Part shown: positions 10,974 to 22,699 of the stretch, in pieces | Layout of the letters: the number at the start of each line of letters is the position of its first letter | How positions within the stretch are numbered: position 1 is the first letter of the stretch | From: Penicillus capitatus | Lineage: Eukaryota; Plantae; Chlorophyta | Direction: 5' to 3' | NCBI GenBank assembly: GCA_965649825.1 | Contig: OZ287705.1 | Coordinates: 569,978 to 633,977, forward strand | Length of the DNA: 64,000 nt | The notes under the pieces: generated by a model | Databases searched by the model: none | What the model was told of the DNA's origin: nothing | What the model saw: only the letters and a program-made list of their open reading frames with translations | Made by a program: the position numbers and the translations under genes

Positions 10974-12956
10974 ATGAAGCTGGTTATCTTGAGCGTGTGG
11001 CTTTGCCTTCTGCTCCTTGCTCCGCTCCAGTCGAGTGGCAGCCGCGGTACCGTCGTCTACGCATTTGCGTCGACGGTGATGTTTTGCTGAGTCGCAGACT
11101 TCTATGACGACGACACGTCCGCCAACTCCGTCCCGTTGCAATTCTCGGTAAGGCTCCTGTTGTTTTGACCTCTCACTGAACGGCGGCTCCAATGGCCCTA
11201 TCTGCAGAACATAGAAGACATACATGATGGAGGTAACAAGACATGCGTGTGCTGTTCCGCGAGATACCGACTGACTCGCACCGTAGGAATCTACTACGCC
11301 GGAGCCTCGGACCGAAAGCTTGCTCAAGTAAGTGAACTACAGTTATTGTGGCGGAAGTTAGCGTGGTGTGTTCGTGCAGACGGGTGAAGATTCTACAGCC
11401 CTTAAGGTAGAATAACGTGTCAGCAACACAGCACTTCAAATGGTTGTTGCTGTACAAGCACGACGTCGGCGAAGGAACAGACGACTGGGTTGTCGGTGAT
11501 GACGGATGGACTCCACTTCACGAAGCAGCTAAAAACGGAGAAGCAGAACGCGTAAAGGTGTGCTTCTCCGTATTCAAATTCCCGTGTGGAGCAGTCTCAA
11601 TCGTAGAGTCTGGTCGATCAAGGCAAAGATGTCGATGTGAAGGAAAACGTTAACGGTAGCACTCCACTACATCAGGCCGCACAATACGGACAGGTTGATG
11701 TCGCAAAGGTCCGTCGAGATAGTTCCTTGTGTGTCTTGGAAGGAGTGGCCGTTGACGCAGGTCCTCATCGACAGTAGTGCAAACATCGAGGCAACGGATA
11801 ATTATAAGCAGACTCCGCTTCATGTGGCAGCACGCTACGGACGGGTTGAAGTCGCAAAGGTCCGTCGAGATAGGTCCTTGTTGTCTCGTGAAGAGTGGAC
11901 GTTGACGTAGGTTTTCATCGACAGAAATGCAGACGTTAAGGCGACTGATCAGTTTGGCCGAACTCCGCTTCATCTGGCAGCACGAAACGGACACGTTGAT
12001 GTCGCCAATGTCCGTCGACGCATTTCTTTGTTGTCTTGTGAAAAGTAAGCGTTGACGTAGGTCCTCATCGACAGAAATGCAGACGTTGAGGCGACTGATG
12101 ACTTCGGCCGAAGTCCGCTTCATCTGGCAGCACGAAACGGACACGTTGATGTCGCCAATGTTCGTCGACGCATTTCTTTGTTTTTTTTTTGTGAGGAGTG
12201 GCTGACGACGCAGGTCCTCCTCGACAGAAATGCAAACGTTGATGCGTCCAGTAAGGCGAAAGAGACTCCGCTTTATGTGGCAGCACAGTGCGGACAGGTC
12301 GATTTCGTAAAGGTCCGTCGACACAGTCGCTTGTTGTCTTGCGAGTAACAGCATCGATGCAGGTTCTCCTTGACAGAGGTGCAGACATCGAGGCAACTGA
12401 TGGCATCAGCCGGACTCCGCTTCATATGGCAGCAACTACCGGAAAGGTTAATGTTGTAAAGGTCTGTCGACGCAGTCAGTCGCTTATTGTCCTAAGAAGA
12501 GCGGCCGTGGATACAGGTTCTCCTTGACAGAAAAGCAGACATCAATGCGAAGGACAGTATCGAACAGACTCCGCTTCATCAGGCAGCACGAAACGGACAG
12601 GTCGATGTCGTTAAGGTCCGTCAACGCAGTCTTTTCTCTTTTGTAACGAATGATTGGCCGTCGACGCAGGTCCTCATCGACAGAAAAGCGGACATCGATG
12701 CGAAGGACAACATGGAACAGACTCCGCTTCATTTGGCGGCAGCGAGCGGAGAGGATATAGTCGCAAAGGTACGTCGCAGTTTTTCTCAGATCCTAGGTGT
12801 AGTTGTCTTATGGCACAGGTACTGATTGATGGTGGTGCGTCCAAGACGATTAAGGACAAAGAAGGTCATACTCCGTATGACCTCATATGTACGAATAAGT
12901 ATGCTACTTGTTCTGCGAGTGCCCGATCTAAGCTAGAGTTCTTGTTGTCTTTGTGA
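10974..12956 (+). CDS. Secreted-type ankyrin-repeat protein A1 (signal peptide, micro-exon linker, N-cap, 8 internal repeat exons, two-Cys C-cap)
   Basis: Signal peptide MKLVILSVWLCLLLLAPLQSSGSR, then exons of 50/25/41/27 nt. Repeat exons of ~99 nt (e.g. 11761-11859) start at 11761, 11911, 12061, 12214, 12363, 12517 and 12670 with TPLHxAAxxG motifs. Last exon ...HTPYDLICTNKYATCSASARSKLEFLLSL-TGA. No lesions seen. Confidence 0.9.
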
Positions 12957-12959
12957 AGA

Positions 12960-13310
12960 GCGCACGATTCATGGCGTCTTTATCATACACATTCTGTTGT
13001 TTATCCTTGGTCTGTCATCTATGTGCCAGACATGTTCTAATGATCCAATTCGATGGTGCTGTACATAAAGCTCCATCGCAACTGGCAACTCTTCATGATG
13101 GTGTTTAATAGCTAAAGGGTGTTGTCTGTGAAGCGAGGCTACGCGAATCTCGCATCAAATGTGCCAAACAATCGCAGGTTTGTTAAAAGCTGTCATAATT
13201 GGATGTAATAGTCTTTTTTATGTTAGCTTCTCTAAATGCGACAACGGTAAGTTATCCACCGATTAAGAGTCCGTTCACCTGCTAAGCTACTCCGTATCGC
13301 AAGACCGCCC
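12960..13310 (+). repeat. Conserved 3' flank of secreted-type ankyrin genes, with hairpin at 13052-13077
   Basis: Recognisably homologous to 18950-19110, 28835-29180 and 43866-44100. Contains GATGGTGCTGTACATAAAGCTCCATC. Confidence 0.75.
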
Positions 13311-15249
13311 CGGTCGTCGTCTGCTGCGTTAACTGGCAAGAGTCTCGCTATTTGCGCCGACATCTGAAGAATGTGGTCTTAATCGGCTCTGTCGTAGAGC
13401 ACATTAATAGGGATGTTCAAAGAGATAATAAACAACGATCATCCATCGCGCCTTCAGGCGTCTTCGAACGTCTCCAGACGACTACTTTTCTAGGTTGACG
13501 ATGCATCGTCCACTCAGCGCAACACACTGTCTGCACGCTTTGCTGCGCTTGTGTGCTGTCGACAGTGCCTTAGCGTGATCTACTTAATGAAGAAATCTGT
13601 GCATGACATAGAGATCTAACGAGTCCTATAAATTACTGAGATTCACACTATAGCATCTGCTGCTGGCATGCGATTCGCATAGCAAGGACAAACAAAGTCA
13701 CCGTTACACGGTACAGTAGATGATCTCCGATCTCCGCAGAAGGCGGAGTCGATAGAGGCATTCTGCGGCGTCGGTGACAGCCAGTGGTGAGCATTTAAGG
13801 GCGAGGGCACCGTACTCCCTCATGGACACACCTGTTCGAGTCCGTCTGGCCACAAGGTAGACCCTTATGGTTCCTGCATTAAGAGATCCTTATCAGTATG
13901 CGTGCTTCCTCTCTTTAGCAAGTGATGCGTAATCGCTAAATAGCAACTCCGTTACGTGATACCGTGAATCTAAAGGCAGATGGTGTGTCACGAACTCGTC
14001 GATGATCCTTTGTTTGAAGACTGGCTGTTCAATTTAAGTCGTTGTTGCCTATGCTACACGAATTCACTTGTCAAAACTGGCCTGTCGATGAAGGAGACAA
14101 GAAATCTCACAGTTGACCTTAGCAACGTCGCTAAACTACAAGAGACGTGACAGCGTTGCGAATCGATCTGTACGACAAGAACGCCAGACCTAATGGATTC
14201 ACACACGGCTTTCACTGTGCCGCAAGAGGTTTGCTTTGCGATTGCTGACTCTGTGAAAGATCGTCTGCTCACAGGAGACACTGCGAGAAATATCTCAAAC
14301 GAGCACCGAAGACGTGCCGGATGCACTCTCTGTGTCGCACGACGCCAAATCTCACGCCTTACGGTCTCCGAGATTCACAGGAGGTGTCGTGTCATGCTGT
14401 TCCGCGTTCGCGATCTTCGAGAAGCTAAACGGTCGGACCATCAATCATTAAGAACGTCATTATCATGACGTTCTGTTCTCGTTGTTTCGTTTCCTTTCTC
14501 TGCCGACAGGAGTGTGCACGACTAGAATGCTATCTGCCTATCTTTTGTCCATCTGCTTCGTCCGCTTCTCTTCACACTGGCAAACGGCTTGTTCAGAAAC
14601 GATTGTTGCTGGCCGAATGCTGTGCATCGAGTAACGGATTCGACAATAGAGATCGTGGACGCCTCGATTAACTTGCATGTATCCGACCTACGCTATCAAA
14701 CCACGAGATAGGAGAATTGCTGTGAAGAAAACATAGAGATGTTATGTTGCGAACGTTGATGCGCATCCGTTGGTACTCTAAATGATGTGTCCTTCCATAA
14801 AGCTATCTCGTTCGTTGTTTGGATTCCATTCCATAAAGACTGTCGTCGTGGAGAGCGATCGATTCTCAAGTATTAAACCATTGTGAGGTCTGTCCTGCTG
14901 CTGAAGGTTATGTTTGCGATGCGACAGAAGTGACGTACGTGCTTGGTCTGCGCTTGCTGCGTATTCCGGCCAACGAGTCGAAAACTGTTCAAGTTTTCTT
15001 CGATCTGTGTACGTCTATGCGCTATTCTTACCTTTATCGTTGGCACGTCGACACCATTGCTGACACCAATCCGTGTAAACCTCCTTGCTTAATCTCAAGA
15101 AATCTTAAAAGCGGTCGCGCTGTATACGATGGATGGTTCCGTGTACGAGCGGAACTGCGGTGTTGTTTGTTTGTGTACCCTCTTTCTTTACCTTGACCGT
15201 CTGCAAGAAGGCACCTCTTCGTCGCAGGCACGGACGCACTGTACATTCC

Positions 15250-15860
15250 GTTGTAAGCGAGAACAATATCCTATGCGACGTGACGGGGGTGTTGACCGAT
15301 GTCATGCTGTCAACGTCACGTCGACTAATCTACGGCATTCAAAATCTGTTCAGAAATGCTGCAAGTCCAACGGGATGGAGAGCGTATTCAGATGGAGGCT
15401 TCTCTATTGCTGTTTGCTGTATGGCTAAGGCAATTGGTGTTCTTACCTTATGTACATACGAATGACGCGATATGAAATCAGACCCGTTTTGTAATTCGAC
15501 ATTCAAGGCCATACATACGCCTGTAGCCCGACACCATTTCCTGTCGTGCGTCGTAATTTCCTCTGCGATGTATGCTTGCAACTGACGCACTTGGGTGTTC
15601 TGTTTTGAACGAAGACAAAAAGATAAAGCGTCTGTTGGCGGACACACGCAAAAGAGATTCTCCCGATGCTGATTTGACGGAGACATAGGAAGGGAGACAT
15701 TTCTAGGAAGGCTACGACAAACGCTGCAGTCTGTGAACGCTGGCGATCGTTCCGAATCCATCACTGGAGGGTTGAGGTACACGACCGTCGAAGAGGTGGC
15801 CGTGAACGACATACTCTCGCCTACGGCATCGGCATCTCAGACACGCTGACGATTTCGTTT
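15250..15860 (+). pseudogene. Decayed fragment paralogous to the beta-helix multi-pass receptor gene at 45756-50958
   Basis: 15740-15855 encodes, with frameshifts, SESITGGLRYTTVEEVA..AYGIGISDTLTI versus receptor SEAITGGLRYTAVKGVATIDSTFAWGIGVEDTLTI (~48560-48670). Weaker similarity upstream; stops and indels present. Confidence 0.55.
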
Positions 15861-17230
15861 CTGTGCGTTTCTTGAGCAAAGCAGTCGAATTCTGCCAGGT
15901 CGAGTGGATGCTGTCTTGCATTCTCCTCGAGGGGTTCTCGGTTTCGGGGAATTGGCAATGCGAAGCCTGCCGTCGTCTACGGATCGCTTCGCCGGAACTC
16001 TCCTGCCATCCCCGTAGCCAAACATCCAAAGTGCACAAACACACAACTGCCGTATTCGACGCTTGCTACGGCATCCTCTACGGCGCGACGAAGGAATGTC
16101 TCTGACAAGATAGCCAAAACAGATAGATGTGCGAAGACTCCGGTTGCAGACGTATCTCTGGACAGTGACGGAAGAGAAGCAGGCGTCCATCCGTGCACGT
16201 CACGGACGCCGTTATGAAAAGACTGAAGGAGGAATTGGAAATCGCCCAACCTCTTGTCTTCTCACAGACAAGAATGGCTGTCAAAACAAACGATCATGAA
16301 TCACTCACCTTCCATGAAGTTTGCCGTTGTGCGTCGGGTCTGTTTGAACGATCAATGAGATCACTGTTAGGAACGATGTCTCCGGTTCAGTGAGCATTCA
16401 TTAGTTGGGACCATCACCCTGTAAAGGGCAACCCGAATCCACCGAACTCGCCAATGTTGCTGTGGTAGTGTCAGACAGTCGCGTTAGGTGATGGAGGACA
16501 TCCTCCTCTAAGACAGGGACCGTTCTGTCGTTACCGATGGTGGCATACGACTTGGTTCGATGCTGGATCTCACGTGGGAGGCGGACCACATTCTCGGCAC
16601 TTGATCAGAGATGACGCCTGTCCACAAAGCAGTAGAGCGACAGTTTCGGCGTTGTAGTCCATGACAATGCGCCTGTCTCCTCGCGAGAGCACACGTTTGC
16701 TGTTATGTAATGGAGCGTTCAGCACGGAGCAAGGTTGGCCGTGTGAAACAGCAGCCTGCATGCTGCCATGATCTTGTTCCAATCCAAGAGACCGTCTGTC
16801 AGAACGCCTTCTCAGTCCCTCAGCACTTAATGTTGTGCTTCAACATTCACAGTGAATTCGCAGTTGCGCTGCGCTGTCAGCGACCCTTTGGAGAGACCCT
16901 TCGTACATCCGCGTCATCGAAGCGTCTGCGTGGCACAAAACAACCTACGACGGGTAGAAGAACGACTGGACGGGACTCGCGCATCCTGCATGACGAAGCG
17001 TGCCCGTCACGGCACAACTACGCTCTGACGGATGGAGTCTCTCCATGCTCTTTGCCGAGCGTTTGTCGCTCGTAGCACCTCGAAACGGGAACAGCCCACC
17101 ACGGAAGGCAGCTGCATGGAAAATGACTGCGCGGAACCGTCGAAGGAATAAAGTCCGCCCACCACAGCAATTCTTCATTCGAGAGCTGCGCGTTTGAAAA
17201 ACACAGGAATTGTCTGCGCTGACGAAGAAA
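15850..17230. repeat. Segmental duplicate upstream of A2 (paralogous to 40550-42028)
   Basis: Colinear nucleotide similarity with 40550-42028 throughout. The minus strand carries degenerate coding-like text (LLLCGQASSLIKCRECGPPP, resembling the ankyrin C-cap exon) with stops. Confidence 0.75.
17141..17183 (+). promoter_or_regulatory. Putative core promoter of ankyrin gene A2
   Basis: AATAAA at 17147 and Inr-like A at 17177, 30 bp apart. Confidence 0.55.
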
Positions 17231-17232
17231 GC

Positions 17233-18949
17233 ATGAAGCTGGTTGCCTTCAGCTTGTGGCTCTGCCTTCTGCTCCTTGGTCCGCGCCCGTCAACAAGCAG
17301 CCGCGGTACCGTCGTCCATGCATCTGTGTCGACGGTGATGCCTTGCTGCGCCGCAGACTTCCCTCACGACGACGCGTCCGTCGACTCCTTCCCGTTAAGA
17401 TTCTCGGTAAGGCTCCTGTTGCTCTGCGATTTTACTAAATGGCGGCTCCGATGGGCCGCCTACAGAACATTGACGGAACGCGCCACGGAGGTAACGAGAC
17501 ACGTGTTTGCTGTTGCGCGCATGCTCGGTCGTCGTGCTTCGTAGGAATCGACAACTCCGAAGCCTCGGACCAGAAGTTCAAACAAGTAAACAAACGACGT
17601 ACACTAACCCGCAGCGGAAACTGGCGTCATGGTTTTGTGCAGAGCGGCGAAGTTACTCGGAAGCCTTACCAGGTAGAGTGCTGCGTCAACAACGCGACGC
17701 GACGAAACGCTGTTACTGTGTAAGAGCGCACATGATCAAGGAAAAGCCAATTGGACTGTCGTTATTAACGGATGGCTTTCAGTGGACGACGGAGGGACTC
17801 CCCTTCATGAGGCAGCTAGGAGTGGGGATGTACAACACGTGAAGGTGTGGATAACTCTACTCGAATTCTTAAGTTGGACATCTCCGAACGCAGGATCTTC
17901 TTGTCCAAGGCGCGGATATCAAGGCCAAGGACAAAGGTGGACGGACTCCGCTTCACGCAGCTGCAGAGTTTGGAGATGTCGAAATCATAAAGGTCAACCC
18001 TTGCAACTTTTCCCTTCTCGCCGGAATAACGACTGTCGGCGTAGATCCTCCTTAAGGAAGGCGCAGACATTGAGGCGAAGGATAATGCGGGATGGACTCC
18101 GCTTTATATTGCAGCACTGTACGAAAGCGTCGAATCTCTAAAGGTCTGCGGTCTGCTAACGCAGTCCCTTGCCGTCCCGTGACGAACAGTCATCGGTGCA
18201 GATTCTCCTTCAAGAAGGCGCAGACGTTGAGGCGAAGGATAAGGAAGAAAGGACTCCGCTTCATTGGGTAGCACTGTACGGAAACATCGAACCAGCAAAA
18301 GTTCTTAGATGCAGCATTCGCTTTCTCACGAGAGTAATGACCGTCGGCGTAGCTTCTCATTCAAGGAGGCGCCGATACGGAGGCGAAGGATATATTCGGA
18401 TGGACCCCGCTTCATATTGCAGCGCTGTTCGAAATGGTCGAATCTCTAAAGGTCTGCTAACGCAGTCCTTTACCGTCCCGTGACGAACAGTCACCGGAGT
18501 AGATTCTCCTTCAAGAAGGTGCAGATATTGAGGCGAAGGATGTTGCTGGAATGACGCCGCTTCATGTGGCAGTAGAGGTCGGCAAAACGGGCATCGCAAA
18601 GGTCCGTCGTTGCAACATTCGCCGTCTCGCGAGAATATCGACCATCTGCGTAGATCCTCCTCAAAGAAGGCGCAGAGGTCGATGCGACGGACAATTGGCG
18701 ACAGACTCCACTTCATCATGCAGCAAGGAAAGGATTTCTTGAAATCGCAACTGTACGCCGCAGATTTTCTCTGATCCTGGATGTCGTTGTCCTATGCCAC
18801 AGGTACTGCTTGGTGGCGGCGCATCTAAGTCGGTTAAGAACATAGACGGTCATACTCCTTACGACATCATATGTTTTACGAGATCTTGTTCTGACAGTAC
18901 TCGCTCCGAACTCGAGTCCTTGTTGTCTCCCTCTACGAAGGGTGCATGA
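17233..18949 (+). CDS. Secreted-type ankyrin-repeat protein A2 (6 internal repeat exons)
   Basis: Signal peptide MKLVAFSLWLCLLLLGPRPSTSSR and the same micro-exon leader as A1. Repeat exons such as DLLVQGADIKAKDKGGRTPLHAAAEFGDVEIIK. C-cap HTPYDIICFTRSCSDSTRSELESLLSPSTKGA-TGA. Frame intact after splicing. Confidence 0.88.
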
Positions 18950-19110
18950 TTTATGGCGCTTCTGTCATGCACATCCTGTCGTTTTTGTCCTTGGTCTGTC
19001 ATCTAGATGCCAGATATGATCTAGTGCTTTATGTCGATGGTGCTTTACCTAAAGCTCCATCTCAACGTGCAACTCTGAAAGAAGGTGTTTAATGATTGAA
19101 GTGCTTTGAG
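18950..19110 (+). repeat. Conserved ankyrin-gene 3' flank, hairpin at 19036-19061
   Basis: GATGGTGCTTTACCTAAAGCTCCATC within a block homologous to the other copies. Confidence 0.7.
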
Positions 19111-20311
19111 CGAACGAAGCATCCTTACGCGAATCTCGCGTTAAGTACGGAAAACTGCTCCTGGCTTGCCAGATTACTCTTGTGATTGTGTGTACGGCAG
19201 CGTTTCCGCTGGCTTTTCTGGACGCGGTGCGTCTGAAGCAGACGTCCCTTGGCGCTCACGTCTGGACTCTTTGCATCCGATTAGTCCTTTGCATCTAGGA
19301 AGACTGCAGATCGATCAACGATGACAGGTGACATTCTCAGACGCCTAATGTTCTTACTGGTCTGCGAGTCGAAGGTGGTGACGTCAGGGTGGCGAACGCG
19401 TTTACGGAGTCGCCGTTTTGTGTGACGGCGGAAAAGGACAGAAGGGACTCGCAGCCGCCTTTGTTTACAACAGCATCGACGCGAAGCGCCTATCTATCAC
19501 CTAGGTCGAACAAAACGCACATTTGCCTGTCGACGATCCGCTGGTTTGTGGTCTTATCGTTGTGCAAGAGAGAGATGCCTTGGATCTCCATGCTGCTGGT
19601 GACACGGGTCGGCTCACCTCATTCCAGATAGTCTGGCTGCTTTTCGCCAAAACGGCGATCTGCGTGACGATAGTGGTGTGCTCTGTCTTCCCGTCATCAC
19701 GCCTGCGGACGCGTACCTTCTGTGTATCAATTTCGCTGTAGCTGCTGGAAGGATTCGTTCAGTGAACGCTGGTTTATCCGATGTCTCTTCTGTACGGTGT
19801 CTCTTGCTGTGAGCGAGGGATCAAGACAATAGAGATGTAATGGAAGCAGTTCTTTGTGGATTTCTATCGTCTCTCGAAGAGCGATGCGTTTGTTCAGCCA
19901 TTTCGGTTTCTCTGTCTGAACAGCAATACACACCGTACGACAATGTTAAACGGGTCACATCGTAGCCGACTGTCGTGCACACGTTGTCCTTGTCACTGAC
20001 AGCGACAGCTGCTGGAACTTCTAAAATGGCCAAACGACGGTCTCTCTGGATCCACAGCTGTCGGACACAGCTTGTGACTACCGCTTTACTAGTAAGTCCA
20101 TAAGAAATCGCACAATGGTAGACATACCTGCGATATCCAATTCGACGAAGTTGCCCTCTCGAAGACACGACCACTTCGAGTGGCGCGATATCGTCGTGGG
20201 GTCGAATAGAAAGTGAGGCGATTAAATCCTGCTCTTTTCCACATTACTCAGGAGTCCAAACATTCGTATCCACTTCGACCCGGATGCGCACAACGCCATT
20301 TCCCGGTGCCA

Positions 20312-21552
20312 TCAGATCTTGGACCGTATTGGATAAAACGGATGGTTGGTCGTGTCAAAGCTCAGCGATGGACCGTTGGTTGTGTCAATGCTCATCGATG
20401 GTCCGTGAATGACGCAGCACGCCGTGACTGTCAGAAGAACGGTGATCAGAACAACGAAACCAATAGAACCGATGATCAGTGCCATGCGCCACCATGGGCG
20501 GTGCTTGCCATCGTCGTTACTGCGATCCTCTTCAGAATTCGACGTGGAGTCGGCCACAGATCTCTCGTTTCCGGAATCCTCCTCGTCCACAAAGAGATAC
20601 ACGAGGTCGTATGGGATGCTCCCCGACCTGTCATTTACATTCTCGGACGCGCCGTGATCGAGCAGAATCTGCCAATGCATCTCGCGTCCCTTGACTGTAA
20701 AGCAGACTGAACGCCTCACCTGAATAACCTCCACGCATCCTGCGGCGGCTGCAAGGTGCAGTGGCGTCATGCCCTTGTCGTTTTTCGCTTCGACGTTGGC
20801 TCCTTTGTCGAGCAGAATCTGCCAATGCATCTCGCGTCCCTTGACTGTAAAACAATCTGAGCGCCTTACCTGAATAACCTCCACGCATCCTGTGGCGGCT
20901 GCAAGGTGCAACGGAGTCATGCCCTGCTCGTCTTTCGCTTCGATGTTCGCTCCTTCGTCGAGCAGAACCTGCAACCGCGGTGACAAGCGACAGCGATCAC
21001 ACATCGGCGTTTGCTTTCACGGTCTGCGCTCTCGCTTCGACAGTCGCCGCGCTTCCTTCTGAGGGAATCGACACTGCGCAGTGGAGTGCTGTGAAACCGT
21101 TCTCTTCTGTCTCGTCGATGTCCGCGCCCCGATCGAGAAGACGCTGCGCAGAAGAGCATCGCCAGCGAACCTTCTCCCGTATGTTACTTAACGCACCTTC
21201 ACGCGGTCTGCTCTTCCCAGTGCGGCTGCCACATGAAGTGGTTTCGTTGCGAAGACCGAAGCCTTACGGTAGTCAGAGTTGTGCTCGAGCTGCAACTGCG
21301 TCGGCAGCCTCTGTCGACGCGCTCGGTCTACGGTTGTTTGTTTCACCTGTTCAGCGTTGTCGTCGTTTCTCTTGGCGGCTGCGATGTGCAAGCGACTGTC
21401 CCCAGCGTTCCCTTCCGCTGACAGCTGGGCACCTTCGCGCAACGACAAGCTCGACTGAGGGACGACATGGTTTAACCGACACGACCATGACTGCCGAGTG
21501 TCGAGCGTGGAAGAAGGAAACAGAGCCAAGCGCAAAGAACAGCGCGTTTCAT
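20312..21552 (-). CDS. Type-I membrane ankyrin-repeat protein A3 (signal peptide, ~4 repeats, acidic stalk, TM helix, short tail)
   Basis: MKRAVLCAWLCFLLPRSTLGSH; repeat exons VLLDEGANIEAKDEQGMTPLHLAAATGCVEVIQ and ILLDKGANVEAKNDKGMTPLHLAAAAGCVEVIQ; TM WWRMALIIGSIGFVVLITVLLTVTACCVI; tail GPSMSIDTTNGPSLSFDTTN. One GC-AG intron (AAA|GCAAAC). Confidence 0.85.
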
Positions 21553-21879
21553 GTTTCCGCGAGTGCAGACGCCAGAGACACCGCAAGGGCCAAACTCCGT
21601 TTCACTGGTTCGATTGCGAAGTTCAAATGAAAACCGAGACTCCGTTGCGAGATTGAAATTGCGGGCTGTCCGAGATGTCGTGCAGATGTACGGACAACAA
21701 CAGGCGATCCTTCGCCACATTCGAGGAGAGTGTTCCCGAGAGGAAACCTCGGGCGTCCGTTTCTCGTACGGCCAGAGCGCTGAAAAGAGAGCAGACAGCG
21801 ACCCGTGCTGCATGAAGCTCCGTCCAGCCGCGAGTACTTCTTTTCGCAGTGGGGCGACCTTTCGCGTTCCGACAGTGAC

Positions 21880-22460
21880 ATGGGCATCATTCACCTACAC
21901 GCGAGAGGTGACCTTGTCTTCGGAGCCAGTGCGCTCAGCTGCTGCTAAAGAGAACTGTCCGTCGTCGTCGAGACGAAACGGTCGTCTCTGCGAGACGGAG
22001 ACCACATCGAATGGTCTATCCAAATGGACCACTCGGCGGCTCAGTTCGAAGCCGTTACCTTTGCCCGAGAGCTCATCGAGGCCGAACGTTTCCAACGCAA
22101 CGTCGACGCTACGGACGCCAACGGCGACACGCCTTTGCATACGACAAGCCGCTTCTGCCAATCGCCCATGAACGCCGTATGTCTATTCCGTACATCAACA
22201 TCTGTAGACTGCCGCGGGGTGCTGTTTTGCAGCTCTTCCTGAATTCTGTTGCCGATACGACGATCGAAAACGACGATAGCTTGACGCCCCTGTGCTTGGG
22301 TGCAAAGACAGACGATCCCAATTGCGGAGGCTTCGTCAATCAGTACATCGATATTGGCGGCGTCGACATCAGCGATCGATGCAATGGTCTTCTGCCCAAA
22401 GAATTGGCCGATCAGTTCGGAAACGAAAACGTCGAGGATGTGCGTCCACTTCCCTCTTGA
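21880..22460 (+). pseudogene. Decayed ankyrin-repeat gene, head-to-head with A3
   Basis: RNVDATDANGDTPLHTTSRF and DTTIENDDSLTPLCLGA; in-frame TAA near the 5' end. The 5' part is homologous to 26500-26720 and 62050-62250 (opposite strand). Confidence 0.6.
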
Positions 22461-22699
22461 CAGGCACATGCCTTGATCACAATGTCTGCCGACCAGATCC
22501 TTTTTCAGAGAGAGTATGGTGGCTGGGATGGCCGCTGCAGTTCGTCGAGTGTTTTTAGTGGATATAGAGGATGAATGGTTGATGTGTGACCATCAAGACG
22601 CAAGGGAATAATAATGACAGGCCGCATTGGTCTGTCACGCGTTGCACGATATCCACTTTTTTCCTTTTTCTGTGTTGGGTGCGAAGGATTCTTGTCCGT

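Noticed and set aside
13040-13110. SECIS element in ankyrin 3' flank
   Set aside because: Spacing does not fit the AUGA...AA...GA core, and the ankyrin ORFs contain no in-frame TGA.
13786-13856. tRNA-like sequence with GTTCGAGTCC B-box
   Set aside because: The T-stem and acceptor stem do not pair properly and there is no credible anticodon arm. At most a degenerate tRNA/SINE relic.
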